Shown here in pieces: positions 27,664 through 39,300 of a stretch of DNA of 64,000 nt; the first letter of the stretch is position 1, and each line of letters starts with the position of its first letter. The DNA lies in NCBI GenBank assembly GCA_043228905.1, contig JBHGNT010000006.1:19592001-19656000 (forward strand). Reading direction: 5' to 3'. The position numbers were made by a program, and so were the translations under genes. Origin of the DNA: Azolla caroliniana (Eukaryota; Plantae; Polypodiophyta). The notes under the pieces are model-generated. The model saw only the letters and a program-made list of their open reading frames with translations, was not told the origin of the DNA and did no database searches.

Positions 27664-30580
27664 CGAGCCCAATCTTTGCATGAATTCCTCTCACAACCAC
27701 AATGTGCACTCTCGATTGCAACATTCATTGGTAAAGTTCTTGAACATCGAGAGTCACTACTCACTTTCACACGTATCACGTGAAATGTAATATTTTTGGT
27801 CTCATAGGTCATATTTGATCTCCGAAGACGATAATATAATCTATCTATCTATCTATCTATCTATCTCTCTCTCTCTCTACAATAGTTATGCACATACAAC
27901 AATATGACAACAACACTCTTCTATGATTGCCCTAGGTCATATTTATACTCATATGAACTTAGGGCTATTTACAAATATAGCCTCAATAGGCTTACTCAAA
28001 ACTTATTTACAAATATGTCTTCTCTTCCGGTTCTCACTAGGTCCTCTTCATTCATAACCGGATCCCATCCGGAGGGACTGACTTCCCAACAATCTCCCCC
28101 TTCACTCCGGCATGGGATGTCTCGTCCCTATCTGCTTTCGGCACGCGTCCAGCTTGTCGGTTGTCAACACCTTGGTCAGCATATCCGACCCGTTCTCCTC
28201 CGTGTGGATCTTCGTCAGCATGAACTCTTGATCTTCTACTCTCTCCTGGTCCAATGGTACATCCGTTGGATATGTTTTGTCCGGGAATGGTAGGCCGCAT
28301 TCCTCACAAGGTGGATGGCACTTTGACTATTGCAGTAGAGTCAGTATTCCTCTTGTTGGATCCCTAGCTCTCTGATGAAGTCCTTCATCCAGATTATCTC
28401 CTTGCTGGCTTTCACAACTGCCATGTACTCCACCTCCATGGTTGACAATGCAACCGTCTTCTACAGCCTCGACTGCCACAAAACAGCTTCCCCTACATAA
28501 GTCATGACATATCCGGATGTAGACCGGTTGGTATCCGCATCAACCAACATATCTGAATCGATGAAGGCTTCCAAGAGGGGTTTACCGGAGCCGAATCAGA
28601 GGCACATACTCGAGGTGCCTTTCAAATACCGGAGTACCCACTTTACCGTGTTCTAGTGCTCTCGTCCGGGATTGCTCATGAACCGGCTAACCACTCCGAC
28701 TGCATATCTGATATCTAGATGGGTACATACCATCGCATACATCAAGCTTCCAACGGTAGAAGCATTTGGTATCTTCATCATATCCGTCTTCTCCGCCTTT
28801 GTCCTCGGACTTTGTTTTCCAGATAGCTTGCAGTTTGCCGGAAGTGTCGATCTGACCGGTTTCGCCCCCGACATGTTGAACCGTTGAAGCACGTTTGTCA
28901 TGTACTTCTCTTGTGACAACCACAACGTACTTCTTCGACCGGTCCCGGATGATGCGCATTCCCAATATCTGTCTTGCCGGACCCAAGTCTTTCATTGAGA
29001 AGGTCTGGTTCAGAGCCTTCTTCAACATCCGAATCTTGCCTTGGTCTCGTCCGACAATCAGCATATCATCCACATATAGGAGGAGTATCAGGAAATATCC
29101 TCCGTCAGATTTCTTCACAAACATGCAGTGATCGACCTGCGTTTTGTGGTACCCTTGGTCGGTCATGAAGGAGTTGAACTTCCGGTACCATTGCCGGGGA
29201 GCTTGCTTCAGTTCGTATAAGCTCTTCTTCAACTGGGACACCAAAGGCTCCTTCCCTTTCTTCACAAATCCTTCTGGTTGTTGCATGTAGATCTCCTCTT
29301 CGAGGTCACCATGGAGGAATGCCATCTTTACGTCTAGTTGCTCTACCTCAAGGTCCATGCTTGCCGCTATGCTCAGCACCGTCCGGATGGAAGTCATCTT
29401 TCTACCGGGGCAAAGATCTTGTTGAAATCCACTCCTTTCTTCTACTGGAATCCCTTTACCACGATCCGGGCTTTGTGTCTCGGTGGGTTCCCGACATCTC
29501 CCGGTTTTAGCTTGTACACCCACTTATTCTGGATAGCCCTCTTTCCTTTCGACAACTCCGTCAGTTCATATGTGTGGTTTTCATGTAGGGAATCCATCTC
29601 GTCCTGCATGGCACTCAACCACTTGCAGTTGTGCGTGTCTTTCCTTGCTTCTTCGAAGCTTTCCGGCTCCCCCTCATCGGTCAGCAATACGTGCTCTGCA
29701 TCCGGAAATCTCTGCAGGGCTCTTCTCTCTCGAAGAGGATATCTCCATCCTTGGTTTCTGACTACCGGTTCCTCCATTTGTTTCTCATCTGAATCTGTTT
29801 CAGGATCTTGTCTGGTTCTGGTGTCTTTTTTTTCTTCTTCTTCGGTCGGTTTGGTTTCTTATCCGTATCCGGCCAGTTTGTCGAGTGTCATCCGGTTGCC
29901 GACCAACATACGGTTTTCAACTGGGTAGGTCCTTGTGTCCTCAAACCGGTTTTCATTGGATGATATGGAGTTCATCATCTTGTTCTCCGACTCCTAGTCG
30001 GCAATGGTCCTATCTTCCATGAAGACTATGTCCCGGCTCCGGAACACCTTCTTGTCGACCAGATTGCACACCCGGTAACCAAACTCATCATCGTCGTATC
30101 CAAGGAATATGCATGGTCTGGACTTCGGATCCAGCTTTGCTCCCTTGTCCTTTGCAACATGCACATATGAGAGACACCCAAACACCTTCAGATGTCGGTA
30201 AGATACGTCCTTACCGGTCCATACTCTCTATGGTATGTCTCCATCCAAGGGTACTGAGGGTGATTTGTTTATCATGTAAGACGTCGTCATCAACGCCTCA
30301 ACCCAAAATGTCTTGGGTAACTTTGCATGTGCCAGCATGCTCCGAACTTTCTCCATCACGGTCTGGTTCATCCTTTCAGCCAGCCTGTTTAGTTCCGGTG
30401 TCTTCGGCATGGTAAATTCGAGCCAAATTCCCTTCAACCGGCAGTACTCCTCGAACTGCCCCCGATATTCTCCTCCGTTGTTCGCTTGAATAACCTTCAG
30501 CTTCCGGCTGGTTTCTCTTTCCACTCTCACGTGAACCTCCTTGAAGACGAATAACACTTGATCCTTCGTCTTCAGTGGTG
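27363..30580 (-). mobile_element. Ty1/copia related to 17053-22500, degenerate, 5' half missing
   Basis: 3' LTR 27363-28091 (acgtggaaaaccct motif); PPT at 28092; RH, RT and integrase collinear with 17730-20190 with stops and frameshifts; homology ends at ~30580. Confidence 0.9.
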
Positions 30581-32910
30581 AGTCGCATGCACCCCTTCAC
30601 GGATGCTACCCTTGTGGAGTTCTAGTTCAACATAGCGGACGTTTGCACTACACTCCACTTGCCGGTGGATGGCACTCCCTTCTGGACCACGAAGTCCCCC
30701 GGCGTCGTCCCCAACATCATCCCCGCTGTCTACACCGAGTATTCCGAACGTGAAGGATGGCATTTCACCGAAATTCCCCCTCACCTCCACGATCGTTGTA
30801 GCGCCATTGCGCAGATCGGTGACATTGCCTCCACTGACACTATCGCCCGCATCACCGGTGAGTTCCTCAAATGGGTGCACAACCCTCAACCGGTCTAGTG
30901 GGCCCATGAACTCGTTTGAAGGGTCAAGGAATGGCAAACACGTCCCAAATCAATAGCCAATTTTGCATGGTTCCTCACTCGTTACCTGTGCGCAAAGTTC
31001 AATATCGGCCCTCCAGCTCCTCCTTACATATGCCGCAAGATAACCATATCAGGTCAACTCGAGCGCCTCCGCATTCCAGAATGTGAATTCTTAAGGCAAG
31101 TACATCAAGGCGAACGTGACTGCCCACCCGCGCACAAACAACCACAAATCACCCATGTGGCGGCCGAGGATACCCTCGATACCCCCGAGGATATCACCCA
31201 ACGCACAAAAGAATTCCAGACATGTGAATTCACCCCCGTGGAAATCCAGGAATTGTCTACAACATTCTACTACGTGTCCCATTAGACCAGGGCCATGACC
31301 CCTCGTACTCGCAGTTCCACCACCGAAATGATCCTTCGCGAGCCTCAAAACCCAGTGGACCTACCCCTTCCACCCCCGACAACCTCTCTCCATGGGGAAA
31401 CCCAGCCAACCTCCCTTGGCACAACCACCCAGCCACCATCTCCCACGCTTACTGACGACACCCCGCACCCTCGACCCCGTAAACTGGCCCGCCACAACCC
31501 ACCACCCATCGACGCCCCAGTGGTCGAAACCCCCCTGCCCCCTCTCGAGAACCCTAACCCACCATTGTCTCCAAGCTTGGTTGTTCCCTCCCAACCAACC
31601 CAAGATACCACCTTGACGACCACCCCACCAAAACCCCTACCAACCCCTGTTCCCAGCCCTCACCCACCCACTGCCACAACCGACCACCCTACCCCATCAC
31701 CCTCTGCCACCTCCAAACCCTTAGTTGACATGATGACAGACATCCTCAAGATGACTTCCGTCATGAATTGACGCCTATTGCAAGTCCACGCCAGGCCCAA
31801 TAGACCGCCAACAAACAGTAGGAAGTGTACACAAGGAACGAGGTCTTGGCCGCCGAAGTAAGGAACGCCCACCATACCAATGCATGTCAAGCCGCCGCCT
31901 ACGACCTCCTCAAGAAGGAGCTGCTCGCTGAGCAAATTCGACGCCACGAACTCGCCGACGAGTTCCACTGAGCCCAGACAACGAGGTACCACGACCAAGA
32001 ACAAGTTGCGCAAACACACGTTGAACTCTCTGTCAAGTACGTACACCTCACCACACAACACCAACGGATGGAAACACAACTTGTGGCTATGACTGTGGAC
32101 CTCTCTACATGGTCTGAAGCCCTGGCCAACGCCATGGCCACAAATCACATACTCACGAATGAGATCACAACGCTCAAAGTTGAACATGATGCTATGGTTC
32201 AACAAGTGGAGGTCGCAAACGAGCGGAATCGGTGCCTCCTCATCAAACACCACCGCCAGTGCGCCAAGCTCAAGAAGGACATCACCCAACTCCGTACGAC
32301 CAACGCTGCCCTCGAGCTCACCCTCATCCCAGGCATGACTAGCGCCTCCACCGTTCGGACCCCCCATCTACTCCGCCCATTATTCCAAATATGATTCAGG
32401 CACTCTCGGTGTATGTGACCTCGACATCCCACCTCTCTGAACTCTTCACTGCACCACGTACACCGCACAACCTTCTCATCCAGGCCACGCGTGTACTTTG
32501 GTCGTTAGCCGCTACACGTCGCATGTTCTTCGATGAGACCACCCCACCCGTGCCATGCTGGAGAGCGCTACTGCCTACGTTCCCCCTTTGGGGTTCCTTT
32601 GGTTAACTTGCACTTGGGAAAACGCTTGGGACATCGGGTTCGTACCCACATATTCAACATAGAATGTGCAACATTTAACTGGCCCACCAAGCTCAAGGTT
32701 GACGACATCCGAGAGTTAGACATCTACCTTGACGTCTCTCGTGAGTACCAACTTATGACCTTCGACGAGGCTCATGCCCGCACACTACTACCCCCGAAAC
32801 CCTCCCGCCCCCCATCCGCTATCAACCCGGAGTGGGACCCGGGCTCACCTGATGATACCAACCATCACCCACCCCCTAACCATGCCTCTTCACCTTCTTG
32901 TAACCTTTAA
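30581..32910 (+). pseudogene. Decayed long ORF: PMD-like N-terminus, Pro/Thr-rich linker, coiled coil, unknown C-terminus; probably a transposon accessory gene
   Basis: Reading through stops gives FNIADVCTTLHLPVDGTPF...V*WAHELV...FAWFLTRYL; Pro-rich 31295-31771; coiled coil ~31800-32330; C-terminal piece 32533-32910. Confidence 0.5.
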
Positions 32911-34133
32911 GCTTAAGAGAGATTAGTGAGGTGTTTAGTTAGAGAACACTAATCTCTCTTCCTTGTTGGTGCTAGACCTCTTAGCAAAGAGGGTTAATAA
33001 ACATATTCATTACTCTTATTGTCTATATTCATTACCCTATTGTCTACGAGAGCGAGCTTGAGAGAGTGAGAGAGATATCGTGCTTAATCATCTATTAATC
33101 GTTGAGTGTGAGGCTCGGAGGTGTCCGACAACCATCTCTACCCGATTCGCCATCGAAAGGGTATATGCCGGTCCGAGCTCTGCAAACGACATCGAGGAGT
33201 TAACTCCGTCGATACATAGATCTTACACAACATGATCCATAAGTCAGAAGCAACAAATTGGTGCGAAAAGTGGAGTGATGATTGATATTTCGCAAGAACT
33301 TATAGGCAGCTCCCTAAACACCAACTTGGAAGACTACGACGAGGTGCAAATGGGCTAGGAGGTGGTTGCCAATATGTGAGATTGAGAAGGTTCGATGTTT
33401 GCATTGCGATGGCTTGACCGTGACTTCAAGGAACGGGAATGCGTGTCATCATCCCCACATGAGCCATAATTTCAATTTACGTGTGGATTCAATTTTTATC
33501 TCTAGGTTTTTAGTCTTGGATTGACAACATTTTTTGTCTCCAAAATCAATATCACATAACTTGTGATCTTAGAAACATGTTATGGATGGAAATCTATGTA
33601 GTTTTAAGCTTTAAGTATGATCAAAACATGTTTTTGGTTTTTTAGCGGTTGAAATATTTGGTAGCTAAACTTTTGGTGTTTGGAATGATATCTTACTTGT
33701 TTTACATTGGAGAGAAGATTTGCATGTGTTTTAAATTTAATGGTTGAAGTTTTATATATTTCAAACTCCGAGATTTTTATGTCAATTTCTTTTTTACATT
33801 TAAGTTTTTTGAAGTTTTCGATGTTACCTGGATTTGAGTTGGGTTCCTACCTTGAGATGGTCAGGCTCTTGATTTGAGCTGGGCTCCTAACTTGAGGCGG
33901 TCGGGGGCCTTTAGTTGGAGAGTATGATTCCTTGTGACAGAGGCTATCAACTTTTGATGGCACGCTCTTTTAGCCTAAGATCAAATGATGCAGATTTGCA
34001 ATTCCCTCGCCAAGCCTCATTATGATTTGGTAGGAAATAGAGACGAGCATGTGAATGTACCCTTATGTTTTATGTATGTATGCATATATATCTATGTTCT
34101 TATGTAAGTATTTCCTTTTATGCCTTTTATATA

Positions 34134-34542
34134 TGTTGAGAGACAAGCTCAACATTGGGAGCGTAAATGGGTGCGTAACCTAGTGCGTAGACTGGGTGCG
34201 TAAAACCATACACAAAATATGGTTGTAGCGGTATGTGAACCGAGAGGCCGTTAGAATGTTATTCCTCGTAAGGAATAATTTTGGGGGTAAGTGTAGGATG
34301 CTCATTTATGAGCAGTCATGTACTATAAGTACTTGTGTCAGCCCGATAGTGAGGGCTTGTATAAAAGGTGCTCACTGAGCACCAAGTATGTACATAGAGA
34401 ACATACGGAGAATTATTTTTGAATATAGTTACGTTTTCTGCTCTCTCTCTCTCTCCTTCTCTGTGTTTTATCGATCTGTCGTAATTCCTAACTGTGTACT
34501 CACTGTCTTATGCATATGCTTCCGCACACGTATTCTTTTACA
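34134..34542 (+). repeat. Solo LTR (copia-type, family Y)
   Basis: tgttgagagacaagctcaac...ttttaca; TSD ATATA; homologous to the reverse of 50397-50808. Confidence 0.9.
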
Positions 34543-36107
34543 ATATATTATGGAAATGATGGTGTAAAAAAACATAAGTTTGGGTATATGTTGAAGGGTA
34601 AAGTCAAGTGTTTGTATTTGTAAAATTGAAATATGTTAGTTTATAAGATAGGCTCAGGTTCCAAACCTCAATTCAAGAGTTGGGAGCTGATTGAGGTTTG
34701 GAACATTTAAGATTTTGCATTCATAGATGAATGCTCGAGGGTTGGGGATAACCAACATTCTTGGCTCAACTCAGCTTCCTCCAGGTTTGGGCAAGCTAAG
34801 GCTCAAGCCTCAAGAGATTGAAGGCACTCCTCCTCGAGGTTTGGGGACTCTTGACCCTCGAATCTTGGCTTTCTCAAGGTTTCTATGCCTTCGAGGATTG
34901 AGGGGGCTGAATTGAATGTTGAGTGGTCAAAAGCTCTATGCCGCACCCTCGAGGATTGAGGAGGCTCGGTTGCAGAGCACTCAAAACCTCTACATAGTCA
35001 AATCGAGGGTTAGAATCAAGGTTAATAACATCACTTTCATTACATGTGTGGTTCGATTCGGTTTCAAGAATGAATGAAAAGCAAGAAAATAAGATGGTTC
35101 GAGATCGAGAAAACAGACGAGTTTGGGGAAGAGACCCTCAAGTTTCGATTTAGCGAGTCTACAATTGATGGTTTCATCACCTTTTATCGTCGTAGGCCTT
35201 TTATGCACCGAGCCCTCTTGACATACTCTTTCGTGATAACCCATCTATTGACGAATCCTAGATGCCCTATCCAAAAGGCCCATCCTTGGTAATGATCCCT
35301 CCTTTTCCTTTTATAAGCGTCATGAGCCCATTGACCAAAATAATAACTTTCTAGCTATATATTTCCTTTTTTGTTTTTACCACAAACACTCCTCCATTGT
35401 GCATTTCATCCTTCTTAGGTTTTAGAAGTTTCCTCCTTTGCACATACCACGTCACAACATACAACTTCCTACAATTCCATCTCACCAAGCACACACATTG
35501 AACACCTCCTAGAGAGGAGGACATGGAAAGTGGCAACATGAAGCACAAGAGATCAACAAATTTGTGCCCTCTTGACATACTATTTCACAATAACCTATCC
35601 ATTGACAAAATAGCAACTTTCTAGTACATTTCCTTTTTTTTGTTTACTGTTCACCTATTCCATTATGCAATGTAGGTTTCCTTCTTGCCTTCCACACCCC
35701 TATATTATCGTTCCAACAATAAGGTCCAGCCAGTTGAGCTATCGTTATTTGTTGATTTGATCCTCATCTACTTTGGATTCCTTCTTGTTCCTTCTTCACC
35801 CATAACCTAATAATCTATGATATAACTTAGGTTTTAGGCCTTTCCTCCTTTGCACACACCACGTCACAAACAACATCATCTTCCAAGTGTATCACTCCTA
35901 GATCTCATGACTTTCCCTGTTAAGAACCCTAATAATTTTTTCTCATAAAGCACACACATTTTACATGCAAGCACATCTACATCTTCCAATGGTATCACAA
36001 TGAGGGCGAATGCGAAGCAAATTGATCAAAGATCAACGGGTGAGCAAAAGGTGAGAGTCGACATTTTTAAAGGAGTAGATATCAATGGTAACGCGAGAGG
36101 CCCCTCA

Positions 36108-36376
36108 ATTAAGTGGTGATTAAGTGGTGATTAAGTAGTGATTAAGTAGTGATTAAGTAGTGATAAGAGATCAAGCTCTGAGCAAAAAGGTCAAAGAATC
36201 GACAAATTTAAAAGGAGTCTCGTGTATTTCATTTCACGTGCAATGGGGCCCTTATTGACTAGTGATTAAGTGGTGATTAAGTAGTGATTAAGTAGTGATT
36301 AAGTAGTGATTAAGTAGTGATTAAGTAGTGATTGAGTTGTGATTAAGTAGTGATTAAGTAGTGATTGAGTTGTGAT
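36108..36376. repeat. 11-bp tandem repeat (GTAGTGATTAA)n in two blocks
   Basis: Blocks at ~36108-36165 and ~36260-36376; degenerate continuation after the hAT at 41678-41730. Confidence 0.9.
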
Positions 36377-39300
36377 CAGTGTTGGGCAAAGTCCCAGGAA
36401 CAGTGTCAGCGTTCCGATTGGGTTGGGACTTTTGCCGGCCAAGGTGGGGGGCAGCCGGAATTGATTCCGGCTAGGTTTTCCTACCAACCGGAATCTAGCC
36501 GGTTCATATTTTTTGAACCGGCTATTTATATAGTTTGTAAAAATAAAAGGTTAAAAAAAAACATATTCATTTACTCTTGAGCCTTTCCCCCCTTTTCCCC
36601 CTTTTTCCCCCTTTGCGTGTTTTTTCCCCCCCTCCTCTTTCTCTCTCTCTCTCTCTCTCATTTCTGTCTCCCTCTCTGTCGACGATTTCTTTCTCCCTCT
36701 CTGACGACGATTTCTGTCTCCCTCTCTGTCAATTTCCATTTCACTCTGTCGATTTCTGTTTTTTCTCACAACTCCATCCTTCGGACTTCATCATTACTCG
36801 TTCCTCCTTCCTCGTTGATCGCCGCTCGCTCAATCGCCGCTCGTCGCTCTCTATTGCAAGGTGAGTGCACAACTATAGTTTCTAAAAATTTCCAATTAGG
36901 TTCATAAGAACAAGACCAGTTTGAAATGGCAGTTGTAAAATGCAGAATGTATGTTAAATAGTTCAAGTATTCTAAAATGCATTTTATACATAAAATGCAC
37001 ATTTTTAATAGCTATGTTTGTGAAGGTTTTGTTTCTTTATCACAATAATTAATGACATCCATGAATATTTGCTCAAATGCCTGATGATTGCAATCCTGAA
37101 TTATTGTTGCCTTTGCTTCCAACGTTCATTTTCCCGCTGGAGAAATAGTGTTTTTTGTACTAGAGGCAAGTACAGTGGATGTCCGTAAACTACGGTAATT
37201 ATTTCAGAACATGGGCGAGAGAAATTAGAGTACTAGAATTTTCTTCTTCTTCTTCTTCTTCATCATGAAACATGGCATGCCCATCATCATCATGAATCAT
37301 GGTATGCACATACTCATGATGAAACATGGTCTGTTGAGAAGTGGCATGCCTATCATGAATGATGGTGTGCCCATTGCCATCATCATCATCACCACCACCA
37401 TCATGAGATATGATATGCACATCATCATCATCTTGAACCATGGTACATCCATCATTATCATTTTCATGAACCATCATGGTATTGCCATCATCCACATGAC
37501 CACATTCTCTTTGAAACCTCATAATTCTTTCTCGCTAACAATTCTTGCAAAGGAACAAGAAAGACCTTGAAAGAAAGTTTCAAGTGATTAACTCATCTCC
37601 ATAGCTGGATCTATAAGTGCTTTACCTCATACATCTTTGCAGCTAGCTGCTCCAATGGATATGGCTGTTAGGATTTCAGAACAATGATGGAAGCTAGAAG
37701 CTGGAGATATATCTAAATCATTTTTTAGGGGCATCAAAAGAGATTGTTGTATGTTTTGAGAGCATCAGAGTGCCTCTTCTGTCAATCAGGGTATGAAAGT
37801 TTGAGGCTTTCAAAAGGACACTGAGACTCTCTCAGAATTAGGCCTGTATTGGGATTGAGACCCTAATTTAATGGTGAAACCTTATAAAGTTTTAAGATGG
37901 CTTGCTTGCTGCTGTTGGATACACAGAAAACAATCAGAGTCAACAAGAAGAGAGAGGGAAACAAAGGCTCTGCTTTCCTCTGTTTTTTTGTTTTCAAAAA
38001 AAGGCAAAGAAGAGGAGAGAAGTGGCAAAGAAGAGGAGAGAAGTGCATGGGCCCATGATTCGTGGCAAGTGTGTTTAACCATGACAAAGAATATCATAAA
38101 CTTTTTGGGCCTTCGCACTCCGTGATTTGGTACAATGGTCCGAATTTGTCCCGAAATATATAATGGTAATTGCCTCCAATATAGCATGCATAGCATATGT
38201 CAATGAAATGCTCATTTGTTTGTATTCCCCTCCCACATAGATTTCATAACTTGCTACTAGTTGTCGTTTTCTCCCGTCTATTTGTCTCCTAGTTTGAGCC
38301 GAATGCGAACAATTGTGTACTTGTCAATGGTCTTGCTCATTTTTTTCATGTAAGATGTGGAACTACGTATCTAAGAGAGTATGTTGATGTCATTAGGAAC
38401 GAGTTGGAGCAAGTGATTTGATAACATGTCATCCTGATTCCTAACCCATGTTCTCTCGGTTTTATATCGCTTGATTTGCTAAGCTTTAAACCAATGAGTC
38501 CCTAACCAATGTTGTAGTGACGGTTCATAATCAATACATTGCATGGTAATTTCAATTACTTTAAACAAACTTACCATAAACCTTAAGATGAAGTGGTGCT
38601 TTCAATATAGATGCAGCAAGAATTGTTACATATGCTCATGTATTTCATATTGTCTCTATGTAAATAGATTTGTATGAAGATCCAAGAGTAGCATACAAGT
38701 TTAGGACAAGTCAAGATAGAGTAGCATAATTAGTGTAAACACCACGAGGCCACTTTGTGCATATTTGGATACACATGTATGATGTGTACAATGTATTGCT
38801 CAAACTTTTGACTTTATGACCCAAACATGAGACGAAGACAATGCATGCATGAGACGAAGACAATGCATGTATGTCTCATTGATAGTGAAATTATTTTGAG
38901 GTTTTGACATTCAATTTAAGAGTTTCAATCTTTTATAGCCTCGCAATCTTCCATATATTCCAGGTATTTTAATTTTCTTATTCTCTTTGGAAAACATGGA
39001 TTGTGTATGTATGTTTCCCTTTCTTGTAAATGAAAATGATAGATTATGATTGTTCAATATACTCTACCTTATTGTTACAGTATGTCGCACAACAAAAATA
39101 GCAAAGGCAAGGGAAAACAAATGAGCCTTCATACAATGCCTTGTTTTAGGAAGAACATGTCATCTTCTAATGGAGATGTGTCTCTAGAAGAACCTATAAA
39201 AGACCAACAATACTCTCAAGAGTCAATTAATGAGATAAATAGAGTTAGTAAGGCGAAACTAAGATTTCAAGAAGATTGGCCTACTAAATTTAAGTGGCTT

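Noticed and set aside
36108-36376. Regular repeats as a CRISPR array (also 46509-46753)
   Set aside because: Head-to-tail units with no unique spacers, no cas genes, eukaryotic context.
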